A DNA stretch of 37,906 nucleotides from a virus (lineage: Duplodnaviria > Caudoviricetes): positions 1 through 37,906 of IMG/VR virus record IMGVR_UViG_3300037467_001014; one strand, written 5' to 3'. Under the pieces are notes generated by a model. The model was not told the origin of the DNA. It made no database searches and saw only the letters and a list, made by a program, of their open reading frames with translations. Positions 15,385 to 23,573 of this stretch are shown piece after piece. Position 1 is the first letter of the stretch; every line of letters begins with the position of its first letter. The translations under genes and the position numbers were made by a program.

Positions 15385-15508
15385 CGATGTGGGGCCGGGC
15401 CTCAGACCCGGATGTGGCTGCACGTCCACCTGGCGGCGGTCGCCTCCCTCCCCGATGTGCCGTTACCTAAGGTAGCTCTAGCCCAGTTGGCGGCACAACG
15501 TCGTCGAG

Positions 15509-15841
15509 TTACTTGAGCGCGCCGTTAGGCTGCTCGGTCGGGCGGTACACCAACTCGAACTCGCCGCAGGTGCCGTGCTCCTGCTCGCAGTTGGTAGGCA
15601 GAAGGCGTCCGTCCTCCAGCAACGCCAGGGCACCGCCGGGGGTGCTGTTGGCGAACTGGCCGGGCTTCATCTGCTTGGGGTCGATGGGGTAGCCCAGGCC
15701 GGTGAAGTGGACCGTGATGTCGCAGGAGCCCGTACCGGGCACGAGGCGGGTGACGACGCCCTGCACGGGGTAAGGGAAGTTGTAGCCCTTGCCGCGAGCG
15801 ATGTCGCCAATCTGGGCTTGCGTGCCGTCCTTGTAGTGCAT
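15509..15841 (-). CDS. hypothetical phage protein (110 aa)
   Basis: SD GAGGAG. Sequence begins MHYKDGTQAQIGDIARGK, with strong GC3 bias. Confidence 0.85.
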   Translation of the reverse strand: MHYKDGTQAQIGDIARGKGYNFPYPVQGVVTRLVPGTGSCDITVHFTGLGYPIDPKQMKPGQFANSTPGGALALLEDGRLLPTNCEQEHGTCGEFELVYRPTEQPNGALK

Positions 15842-15928
15842 TTCGATGTTCTCCTCTTGTCGTAGGATGAAGGGCCACTAACGGTGCAGGGGGTTTAGCC
15901 CTGCGTTAGACGAGGACCACCCCCTTTC

Positions 15929-16381
15929 TTACGGCTGCTGGGTGTTCGCGGGCAACGGCGCATCAGCCGCCTTCAACGCCTGGGTCACGGCGTCGGCCGC
16001 CTTGTTCTCCGCGAACACGGCGAAGTCGATGAGCAGGCCCAACGTCTGCTCGTTCAGCAGGAGTTGCACCAGCCAGGACGGCAGGCCCAGGTCGGCGGCG
16101 ACCGTGGGAATCTGCTCCTTGAGGGCGGCGAGGGCGTGGGCCTTCTTCTCCGCGCCGTTGCCGGGACCGATGGCGGCCTCGGCCACCTGGACGGCGGCGC
16201 TGATGATGTGGAACGCCTTGACGATGGTAGCGGTATCCGGCATCGGGGGTTTCCTCCGTAGGATGAACAGGACGAGGGTCCGAACGATGTTAGGCCATTG
16301 TGACGGAGGTGGGACGTGCAGCGTGAGCAACGGCACAACCCAGTTGGCGTTGTCGTGTACCCACTTATGCACGTCCCACAT
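15929..16381 (-). CDS. holin-like protein (LL-H-type AVQxAE..GAEKK motif); second in-frame start at 16243
   Basis: AAVQVAEAAIGPGNGAEKKAHAL..LLIDFAV. The N-terminus is hydrophobic and the gene lies downstream of the endolysin. Confidence 0.6.
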   Translation of the reverse strand: MWDVHKWVHDNANWVVPLLTLHVPPPSQWPNIVRTLVLFILRRKPPMPDTATIVKAFHIISAAVQVAEAAIGPGNGAEKKAHALAALKEQIPTVAADLGLPSWLVQLLLNEQTLGLLIDFAVFAENKAADAVTQALKAADAPLPANTQQP

Positions 16382-16385
16382 CGGC

Positions 16386-16694
16386 TTACACCTTCTCGTC
16401 GGCGGCGGGCTTGGCCTTCTTGGCCGCCTTCTCCGCGTCCGCTTCGGCCTTCAGCTTGGCGTCCGCTTCGGCCTGGGCCGCTTCCGCCCGCTGCTGGCGC
16501 TTGACCTCGGTGTACTCGTGGTCGTAGTCCAGGCACAGGTGGGAGTTGAGCGCGGAGTAGTGCGCGCCGTCGAGGTTGACGCAGGGGAAGCGGGTGAACT
16601 CCTCCTTGGTCTCGGGGTTGGTCACCTTCTCCGGAGCCATCAAGGGCTGGGAGCAGATGGGGCACCAGGGGTTGATGGGCTGGGCTTCGGCCAT
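16386..16694 (-). CDS. hypothetical Cys/His (Zn-finger-like) protein with Ala/Lys/Glu helical tail (102 aa)
   Basis: SD GGAGG precedes the ATG at 16694. CPIC..C..H..HLC, then AEAAQAEADAKLKAEADAEKAAKKAK. Confidence 0.75.
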   Translation of the reverse strand: MAEAQPINPWCPICSQPLMAPEKVTNPETKEEFTRFPCVNLDGAHYSALNSHLCLDYDHEYTEVKRQQRAEAAQAEADAKLKAEADAEKAAKKAKPAADEKV

Positions 16695-16722
16695 TGTTAT
16701 GGTCCTCCTATGGTCGTGTGGG

Positions 16723-17487
16723 TTAACGCAGGAACAAGCCCCGCTCCTCGCGGCGGCGGGACACCAGGCCGGGCAGGGGGCCGTGGTCGCCGTTGACCCA
16801 GCCGAGCAGCGCATCGGCTGCACCCTGGTAGTCTCCGGCGTTGAGCTTGCGGAGGGTCGTGGACTGCGCCAGGGCACCCGCGCCGCAGTTGAACGTGAAC
16901 GAGACCAGAGCATCGAACTGGTTGTCGTTCAGGGGCACCTTGACGTACTTGTTGACCGCATCTTCGGCCCAGGCCACGTCGCCGCGCAGGAGTTCGTCGG
17001 CCTGCTCCCGGGTGATGACCTGGCCGGGGTAGACGCCCGCCGTGTGGCCGAACCCGATGGTCCAGACCTTAACGTCGTCCTGGTACGCCTTGAGGCGCAG
17101 CCCTTCGAAGTTCTCGATGACGGCCAGGCCGCGCGGGGTGATGTGGCGACCGGTGCGGGCCGGGGGCGACACCTTGGCGTTCATCGCGTCGAAATACGCC
17201 TTGGCGGTCTGGTTGCCGATGACGTGAGCGTTCGCACCGGTGTTACCCAGGTTGTGGGCGGCCTTGAACGCATCGACGCCATCCGTGGTGAGGTCGATGC
17301 CGTGGGTACGGCAGAACTCCACGAAGGCCGTCAACGTCTGCGGGCCCAGCACGGCGGGCATACCGACGTGGATGAGGTGCTTGACGGCGGCCAGGTCGGG
17401 CGCTTCGATGTGGGTCAGGATGTCGTAGGCGTTGCGCTCCACTTCGGAGAGGGTGGCGCGGTTCAGCCCTTCGATGAGGATAGGCAC
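16723..17487 (-). CDS. endolysin, GH24 (phage lysozyme) domain with N-terminal extension
   Basis: IENFEGLRLKAYQDDVKVWTIGFGHT (E-x8-D-x5-T triad), NQFDALVSFTFNCG and GLVSRRREER. SD AAGGAG. Confidence 0.95.
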   Translation of the reverse strand: MPILIEGLNRATLSEVERNAYDILTHIEAPDLAAVKHLIHVGMPAVLGPQTLTAFVEFCRTHGIDLTTDGVDAFKAAHNLGNTGANAHVIGNQTAKAYFDAMNAKVSPPARTGRHITPRGLAVIENFEGLRLKAYQDDVKVWTIGFGHTAGVYPGQVITREQADELLRGDVAWAEDAVNKYVKVPLNDNQFDALVSFTFNCGAGALAQSTTLRKLNAGDYQGAADALLGWVNGDHGPLPGLVSRRREERGLFLR

Positions 17488-17499
17488 GGCGTTAGCTCC

Positions 17500-17694
17500 T
17501 TACTTGCGCTGGTCCATCGACTTGAGGATGAACGCGTCCAACTTCTGCTCCATCAGCACCGAACGCTGCTGGAGGATGTCCATCCGCGCTTCCAGCCGGG
17601 AGAACCCGTTGCTAACGGTGATGGCACCCGCCAGCAAGGCGCTGACGCCGCCCAGAATGAAAGGGACACCGTGGTCCACAAGCTTATCCATCAT
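17500..17694 (-). CDS. single-TM holin/antiholin-like membrane protein (64 aa)
   Basis: SD AAGAGGA precedes ATG-ATG. One hydrophobic helix (VPFILGGVSALLAGAITVS) is followed by a coiled coil. The gene lies directly upstream of the endolysin. Confidence 0.6.
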   Translation of the reverse strand: MMDKLVDHGVPFILGGVSALLAGAITVSNGFSRLEARMDILQQRSVLMEQKLDAFILKSMDQRK

Positions 17695-17786
17695 TGTTGG
17701 TTTCCTCTTAGGCGGCGACATGCGTAACGCTCCAGTGACGTTGGATGGCCGCTCGTCGTGTACCCGCAAAACGGCTCTATGCCTAC

Positions 17787-17795
17787 ACTATAGCA
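17787..17795 (-). promoter_or_regulatory. extended -10 promoter for the lysis cassette
   Basis: TGc-TATAGT on the - strand with no good -35. It is flanked by a 10-bp direct repeat TGTACCCGCA (17759-17768, 17800-17809) and lies downstream of a terminator. Confidence 0.5.
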
Positions 17796-17852
17796 CGGTT
17801 GTACCCGCAGATTGCTACACCGAAATGTTACGGATTACAACAAACTGTTACA

Positions 17853-17879
17853 GAAAGTAAAGAGCCCCCGAAGGGGCTC
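17853..17879 (-). terminator. Rho-independent terminator after the tail-accessory genes
   Basis: The - strand reads GAGCCCC-TTCG-GGGGCTC then TTTACTTTC. Confidence 0.85.
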
Positions 17880-17903
17880 CAGGTGTGAGTTTGCAGGTAG
17901 GCG

Positions 17904-18752
17904 TTACTGACGGTCGTACTGGGGGTAGAATCGGTGCCAGGCTTCCGACTCCCACCAGTTCGCCCGTACCCACTCCTGCCAGTTGTAGTAGTCGAACTGG
18001 CCTACCCAAGTGCCGTCACCGCGCTTGAACTGCCAGTACCCGTTTTCGCCACCCTGCCAGGTCAGCGTACCCGATTGCATCCCGAACTTGGCGACGTAAG
18101 CGCACAACTCCGGCAGGAGGTTATCCTGCTTGCGCCACTCCGGGTGGTCGTTGGGGTTCTCCATCTGGTCGGGCACGTCGGGGGTGCCTCGGGTGGCCGC
18201 AACGCCCCTTTGGCAGCGCCAGGAGTTCGCGTACGCCTCCCAGATGTTGTAACCGCTGGGGAACACGGTAACACCGGGCTTGAGGAATCGACGGGTGTAG
18301 AACGCCCGCAACTCGTCGTAAGCGGCACCCGCCCGCTGGAGGCCCGCCCAGTTGTGGTGTGCGTGCCCGAACTCGTGGGATACGCTGGCCGGGTACCGGT
18401 AGCTGTTGCCGTTGTTGGGGTCGAGGTAACGCACGTCGATGTGAGCGTAATCGCTGCCGTCGTTGAAGCAGCAGAACGCTTCCGTGTAGGCGTTACCCAA
18501 GAAGTCGGCGGCAGGCTTCTCGTAAGGCAGGCTGTACGCGTAGACGTGCAGCGTAACGTGCTTCCAGAACTTATTGGTGCCGTCAGCGGAGTTGTAATAC
18601 TCCACGTTGTTCTGGGCCATATCACGCAGCATAGCGTCGTAGTACGACACCGGGCCACACTGCCAGTCGATGCTATTCGACTTGGTAGTGTCGTAGTGGC
18701 GGATGAGCTTGCACCCGCCGAAGATGATGTCGGTCTGCGTGGCTTCAGCCAT
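17904..18752 (-). CDS. putative Zn metallopeptidase (HExxH, gluzincin-like)
   Basis: SVSHEFGHAHH plus a downstream WEAYAN (third-ligand Glu). The C-terminus is Trp-rich. Confidence 0.7.
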   Translation of the reverse strand: MAEATQTDIIFGGCKLIRHYDTTKSNSIDWQCGPVSYYDAMLRDMAQNNVEYYNSADGTNKFWKHVTLHVYAYSLPYEKPAADFLGNAYTEAFCCFNDGSDYAHIDVRYLDPNNGNSYRYPASVSHEFGHAHHNWAGLQRAGAAYDELRAFYTRRFLKPGVTVFPSGYNIWEAYANSWRCQRGVAATRGTPDVPDQMENPNDHPEWRKQDNLLPELCAYVAKFGMQSGTLTWQGGENGYWQFKRGDGTWVGQFDYYNWQEWVRANWWESEAWHRFYPQYDRQ

Positions 18753-19791
18753 TGTCGGTCTCCTGGGCTTCCGGGGCGCTCCCCAACAGCTTGAGGCTGT
18801 CGGACAACTCGTGCTGAACCCGCGCGGCCAAGAAGTCTAGCGCCTTCACTTCGTCGCGGCTCATATTGATAGGCAGTTCCAACACCTTGTCATCCGGACG
18901 CGACATCGCCGGAAGGAGGTTCGTCGGATTGGGTTCGAACTTCTCGTCGTGCGACTGGAGGAAGATACGTGCAAGACCCAGCGCGCCCCAGCGAGTGTCG
19001 GCGTTGTGCATCGTAAGGCGGTCGTCCGGGCTGAAGTTGGCGGTAACCATCTTCGGCAGGATGTTGTCCATCCGATGGGTGATATTGTTGGGGATGAGCA
19101 ATTCGTCCAGCAACGGAGAGACACCCGCGTTGTTCGCCAACAGGAGGTCCCGCACACGCTTGATGTGAGGCATAATGACCTGCGTATAGGTCGGCAGCGC
19201 CATCATCGACTGCAAGTGGTCGTAGCTGATGGTGCCGGTGGTCATCAGCATCTTTTCGGCCCGGTCGCACATCGTGTACGTCCATTCTTCTAACTGAATC
19301 TTCTCGGAGGCCGAGTCGGGGTTGTTCAGCCACTCGTCCTTGTACTTGCAGTACGGGATAATGTCGTTCATCGTATTACGGATGAACTCCCGCTCCTCGA
19401 CGGCCTTGACGTAGCTACGGAGCGTTTGCTCCGCAAAAGCTTCCGCTTGCTGAAGCTTGGCGGTCGATTCGGCCTTAGCGGCTAGCAACTCGGCCAACTC
19501 CTTCCGCAGCTCCAGCATCGCCCGCTTGTCCTGGACGGTGAACTCCTTGCGGGCGTTGAACTCGTCCAACTCCTCTTGGACGATAGGAAGCTTCTCATCA
19601 ACGTACTGGATGCTGATGCGAGCCATCGCCAGTTGGGTCTCGCCCTTCAGCTTTTCGGCCTTGGCGTTCTCGATAGAGGTCTCACGCTCCTCCCAGTTCT
19701 GCCAAAGGGTGTTCACGGCAGCGTCGGGGGTGTAGCAACCGCCAACCAGGAAAGTGATGGTCTGGGTCTGGGAATTGCGATGGTGCGCCAT
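18745..19791 (-). CDS. coiled-coil protein associated with the tail-fibre locus (348 aa)
   Basis: SD AGAAGGAG precedes the ATG at 19791 (MAHHRNSQ..FLVGGCYTPD). A long E/K/A/L-rich heptad region follows. Confidence 0.75.
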   Translation of the reverse strand: MAHHRNSQTQTITFLVGGCYTPDAAVNTLWQNWEERETSIENAKAEKLKGETQLAMARISIQYVDEKLPIVQEELDEFNARKEFTVQDKRAMLELRKELAELLAAKAESTAKLQQAEAFAEQTLRSYVKAVEEREFIRNTMNDIIPYCKYKDEWLNNPDSASEKIQLEEWTYTMCDRAEKMLMTTGTISYDHLQSMMALPTYTQVIMPHIKRVRDLLLANNAGVSPLLDELLIPNNITHRMDNILPKMVTANFSPDDRLTMHNADTRWGALGLARIFLQSHDEKFEPNPTNLLPAMSRPDDKVLELPINMSRDEVKALDFLAARVQHELSDSLKLLGSAPEAQETDNG

Positions 19792-19840
19792 TGGAATTGT
19801 TCTCCTTCTGTCGTCAACAGAGAATAATGGGATAACAGGT

Positions 19841-22800
19841 TTACAGGTGAACCGGACTGGTAGACAGGACGTAAGCGCCGCCCGTACGCGCGCTAACCGT
19901 GCTGGTGGCAGTACGGCTAAGCGTATCGTTGGACAGGTTGACCTTAAGGTAGGTGGCCGCAGTACCGTCTGCGGTATACCCGGTGCTAGCGCCGTTGACG
20001 GCACCGCCGACCGGGGGGCCCGCAGCAGCCGCAGCCAGAGCGGACAGCGAGGCCATCGTGTCCGAGGCTAGCGTAAACTTCTGCGCCCGGGTGGTGGGCA
20101 CGGTGGCGGCGTTGTCGCCCGTGGTGGCCGACCCGCCAAACGAGTAAGCGGCGGTGCTGCCGTTAACGCTCGTTTGGGCGGAAGCCTGGGTAGACGTGAC
20201 AGCCGCCAACGTGCTGACCGCGCCCGTTTGTAGAACCATCTTTTCGATAGAGGTCAAGCTGACGCTGTTGGCATTGTACCCGGCTTCGGCGTAACCGTTG
20301 GCAACCGAGCTATAACAAGCGTTCGCCGCCCGCCCGGTAGTCAACGTGGCTGCGCTGTACAGCAGCATATCGGGATAGTGGACAATCTCGACGTTGGTGG
20401 TGTACGTGCTGGTACCAAACCCGGTGCGCCCGCTGACCAACCAACCACGACTGCGCGTGGACCAGCCGCCGACCTGGTATCGGCCGGTGAGGACGTTGAC
20501 CTGGGACATAACGGACTTGCCCGAGTAGTTGATGGTGTCGGTGCTGATGGTAATGGTGCTACCACCCGTTAGGCCAGCGAGGGCCATACCAAACTGCAAG
20601 TTACCGTGCGCGCAACCCGACGAGAACGACGTGTGTAAGGACACGCCGCTGCTGAAGGCTTCGTTGCTGAACTGCATATCGTCGGAGGCCGTGCCACCGA
20701 TGACGTTCAGCATATAATGGTTGAAGGCCGTATCGCTGATGAGCTTACCCGCGACGTACCAGCCGGGAACAGAGGAGAAGCCGCGCTTGCCACCAAGCGA
20801 GTTGGTATAGCCCAACCGGAAGGTGCTGGAGTAGGTGTCAGCGGCGTAGTCGTGCTTCTGCACCACGTCGTAGTTTAGCGCGCTGGCGTTCTGGAGCGTC
20901 ATACCGTATACCGGGTTACCAGAGCCCGTAGCCTCGTTACCCGTTGCGGTGCCCCAAGAGGTAGCAGAAGTCTTGGCGTCGTTAGACACCGCGAACTTCT
21001 CCACGTCGGCCAATGCCGCACTTGCCGTGCTAAGCCCGGCTGCACCGTACGCTTGGGTCGGGCTGCTCCAACCGGCGTTGCTAGACTTGGCGTTGCTCAA
21101 GGCCGTCAAGCTGGCGAAAACCCAATTCGCAAAGGTAAAACTCTGCACGCCAGTAGTGGCGCTAGCTCGCGTAGCCGCATTACCCATACCGCCCATCAAA
21201 TAACCCTTAGTGTCACCGTTGACACCGACGCCCGACCAACGCTGCGTAGCGGTGGTAAGCGTGAGAGTAGCGTAAGCCAGGTTGGACAGACTAACAAGTT
21301 GAACGTTGGTCGTCGGGATGCCGCCAGCAGCCGAACTATAACCACTTACGATTGCCGACAGGCTCGCGTTACCCACGCCAGAGGCTGCGGCACCGGGGTT
21401 GGCGAGTGTAGCGGCAGACAACATAGTCTGCGACGGGAAGATGTGCATCACCCCTTCACGGGACAACGAATCAAACGCTGCACCGCTGCTGTTACCACCG
21501 CCCGTGGCGTGCGCGATGTCAACGCCCTCCGCGCCGGTCAAGAAGGACTTGGCAGAACCAGTAAGCTTGTTGCTTTGAGCAGCCGCACCGGTGGCGTTCT
21601 GGACGGTGTTGCAGTCGCTCACCGACGTACCGGCATTACAACCGCCCATAAAGATGGTGCTGCCGCCCTCCATCTGCTTGTGCGTGAAGTAGCGGACGCC
21701 GGTAAGCGCCTGGAGGTGACCGGGCCGGGTGCTAAAGCCGAGCGCCACGCGGCGACCACTGGTAAGGTAGGCGGCGGTAGAGGCTGCTTGTGTGCCGAAC
21801 TGCACCGCAAAACCCAGCGTGTACACGTTCACGCCGTCACCGCCGCCGTGGAAGTACAAGCGGTTCTCGTTAGAGGACGTTCCCTGTTGAGTCAGCGTCG
21901 TCGTCAGCGAACCAGACGCTAGCACCGCCCCTGTACTAGCCACCAAGGCATTGAAGCTGTTGTTGCTGTTGTTGTAAGTGGAAAAGCCGACAACATCATT
22001 GGAACCGCCGCAGGGCGTCCCGTACGTGGAAGTCAACGAATTAGCGGCCGTGCGCAGGACCGACGCGTAGTTGACGCTATCCACAGCCGACAACGCGGTG
22101 CTCCCAGAATCCGTGCCGCCGCAGTTCAGACCTCGGTCGAAGAAGGGCACCGGGGCCATCGCGTGCCGGGCGCTGTTCAGCGTAGCTACGCTGACAGCAA
22201 CCGCGTCGGTAGAGAAGTTGTAAGTACGGCCACTGGAAATGCTACCGGATGGGGCCGCCGTGGTCGTGCCGCCCATAATGAAGCTCAAGCCAGCGTTACC
22301 CGTGGCGGTGGAGCCGTTAACGGCGGTGTCTAACGCAGTAGTGCTGGCCGACGACTCGGTTGCCCAGGTAACCTTGTTGCAATTGTTGACGAGCGTCGGC
22401 GTACTGGTATTGTAGCCGCTAGCCAAGACACCGAAGATATGATTGACAGGCGTCGAATAGTACCCTTGCACGGCACTCGTCAAGGTGCTACGGTTCGTAA
22501 CCACTTCGGTATTGTGGGCCACACGGTCGGATACCGTCGCAGCGGACAAACTCCAGGTACCGCCGTTGTTGCTACCCGGGCCGTAGTAAGAGTTGCTAAG
22601 CGCGTTAAGAGCGGGAGCGTTCTGGTTGAACTCCCAACGAACCCAACCAGGAGCGGACGTAAGCGCAGAGAAGTACGCGTTGGCGGAGCCCAACGAAACG
22701 ATGCCGTCACGCGCACCCGTGTCCATCGTGTAGTATTCCGTCGTCGCCACGTTCGAGAACGAGCCCGACGTGTCGCCACCGAAAATATAACCGTTAACAC

Positions 22801-23572
22801 TGTTGCCGGTGCTGCCGGAGTCTCCGCGCGCCTGACCCAAACTGGTCGCGGCACCTTGCGAGAAATTGTACTGGTTACGCACCTGGGAGGTGGCGACGAT
22901 GGTAGATGTTCCTTGGCAACCGCCGCACATCCAGTGGAAGGGGGCGTTAGAGAAATTGGTAGCCTCGGACGTAGCCGTGGTCAGAGAGGTCTGCGCGGTA
23001 GCGGTATCGGCAGCAAACGCGTAGGATTCGGCAGCCGCCGAACGAGAAGTACCGTTATAACCACCTTCGGCCCAACCCGTTACGTCGTTCTGGCCGAACG
23101 ACCGATACTCCATCACACTGAAGGAAGCACCGGCGGCGCTCACGCTTACGGCATCCGTGGCGAGATTGAAGATGTTGGCCGTGTTGATGACGTTGGTGCC
23201 ATTATGCCCGCCTTGGATGACTACCTTGCCCTGGCTTACCGACGACATAGCGCCCATAACGTTAGCGGTAGTCGTACCAATGGACGTGGTAGTCGCGGAC
23301 GTACGGTTGTTGTACTGGTTCTTTTCGCAAGACGCGACCGCCGGGCCGCCCGTGGACTGCCCGGCCATCGTGACGCCCACAACGTTGTTGCCGCCGTAGC
23401 CACCCCGGCCACGCGCGGTAGCCAGGTTGGTACGCGCGGTGTACGAGTTGTTGATGTAACTAAACTCGGTCACACCTTGGGCGAACACCGTCGCGCTAGA
23501 CTCGCCACCGCAAAGCAGCGCGAACTGGCCGACTAGCGCCGACAGACGAGGACGAGCGAAGCTAAAGGGCAT
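19841..23572 (-). CDS. Kelch-like beta-propeller repeat protein, probable tail appendage/receptor-binding protein (1243 aa)
   Basis: ATG at 23572 (MPFSFARP), just after the fibre stop. Many ~46-50 aa repeats of the form L..AR......N...G...GG..S..E.Y.F..D. Ser/Thr/Gly/Ala-rich. Confidence 0.75.
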   Translation of the reverse strand: MPFSFARPRLSALVGQFALLCGGESSATVFAQGVTEFSYINNSYTARTNLATARGRGGYGGNNVVGVTMAGQSTGGPAVASCEKNQYNNRTSATTTSIGTTTANVMGAMSSVSQGKVVIQGGHNGTNVINTANIFNLATDAVSVSAAGASFSVMEYRSFGQNDVTGWAEGGYNGTSRSAAAESYAFAADTATAQTSLTTATSEATNFSNAPFHWMCGGCQGTSTIVATSQVRNQYNFSQGAATSLGQARGDSGSTGNSVNGYIFGGDTSGSFSNVATTEYYTMDTGARDGIVSLGSANAYFSALTSAPGWVRWEFNQNAPALNALSNSYYGPGSNNGGTWSLSAATVSDRVAHNTEVVTNRSTLTSAVQGYYSTPVNHIFGVLASGYNTSTPTLVNNCNKVTWATESSASTTALDTAVNGSTATGNAGLSFIMGGTTTAAPSGSISSGRTYNFSTDAVAVSVATLNSARHAMAPVPFFDRGLNCGGTDSGSTALSAVDSVNYASVLRTAANSLTSTYGTPCGGSNDVVGFSTYNNSNNSFNALVASTGAVLASGSLTTTLTQQGTSSNENRLYFHGGGDGVNVYTLGFAVQFGTQAASTAAYLTSGRRVALGFSTRPGHLQALTGVRYFTHKQMEGGSTIFMGGCNAGTSVSDCNTVQNATGAAAQSNKLTGSAKSFLTGAEGVDIAHATGGGNSSGAAFDSLSREGVMHIFPSQTMLSAATLANPGAAASGVGNASLSAIVSGYSSAAGGIPTTNVQLVSLSNLAYATLTLTTATQRWSGVGVNGDTKGYLMGGMGNAATRASATTGVQSFTFANWVFASLTALSNAKSSNAGWSSPTQAYGAAGLSTASAALADVEKFAVSNDAKTSATSWGTATGNEATGSGNPVYGMTLQNASALNYDVVQKHDYAADTYSSTFRLGYTNSLGGKRGFSSVPGWYVAGKLISDTAFNHYMLNVIGGTASDDMQFSNEAFSSGVSLHTSFSSGCAHGNLQFGMALAGLTGGSTITISTDTINYSGKSVMSQVNVLTGRYQVGGWSTRSRGWLVSGRTGFGTSTYTTNVEIVHYPDMLLYSAATLTTGRAANACYSSVANGYAEAGYNANSVSLTSIEKMVLQTGAVSTLAAVTSTQASAQTSVNGSTAAYSFGGSATTGDNAATVPTTRAQKFTLASDTMASLSALAAAAAGPPVGGAVNGASTGYTADGTAATYLKVNLSNDTLSRTATSTVSARTGGAYVLSTSPVHL

Positions 23573-23573
23573 A

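Noticed and set aside
15466-15476. CCTAAGGTAGC, identical to part of the conserved 23S rRNA I-CeuI site region
   Set aside because: Only 11 nt match and the flanks do not continue the rRNA sequence, which is compatible with chance.
14849-15516. ORFs across the junction (14849-15475, 15163-15516, 15216-15470, 14961-15152, 15156-15374)
   Set aside because: The translations are Pro/Arg/Gly/Ser-rich, lack the phage codon bias and cross terminator hairpins. AAGGAG..ATG at 14942-14956 could start a peptide, but the SD is buried in a 10-bp stem. It is not fully excluded.
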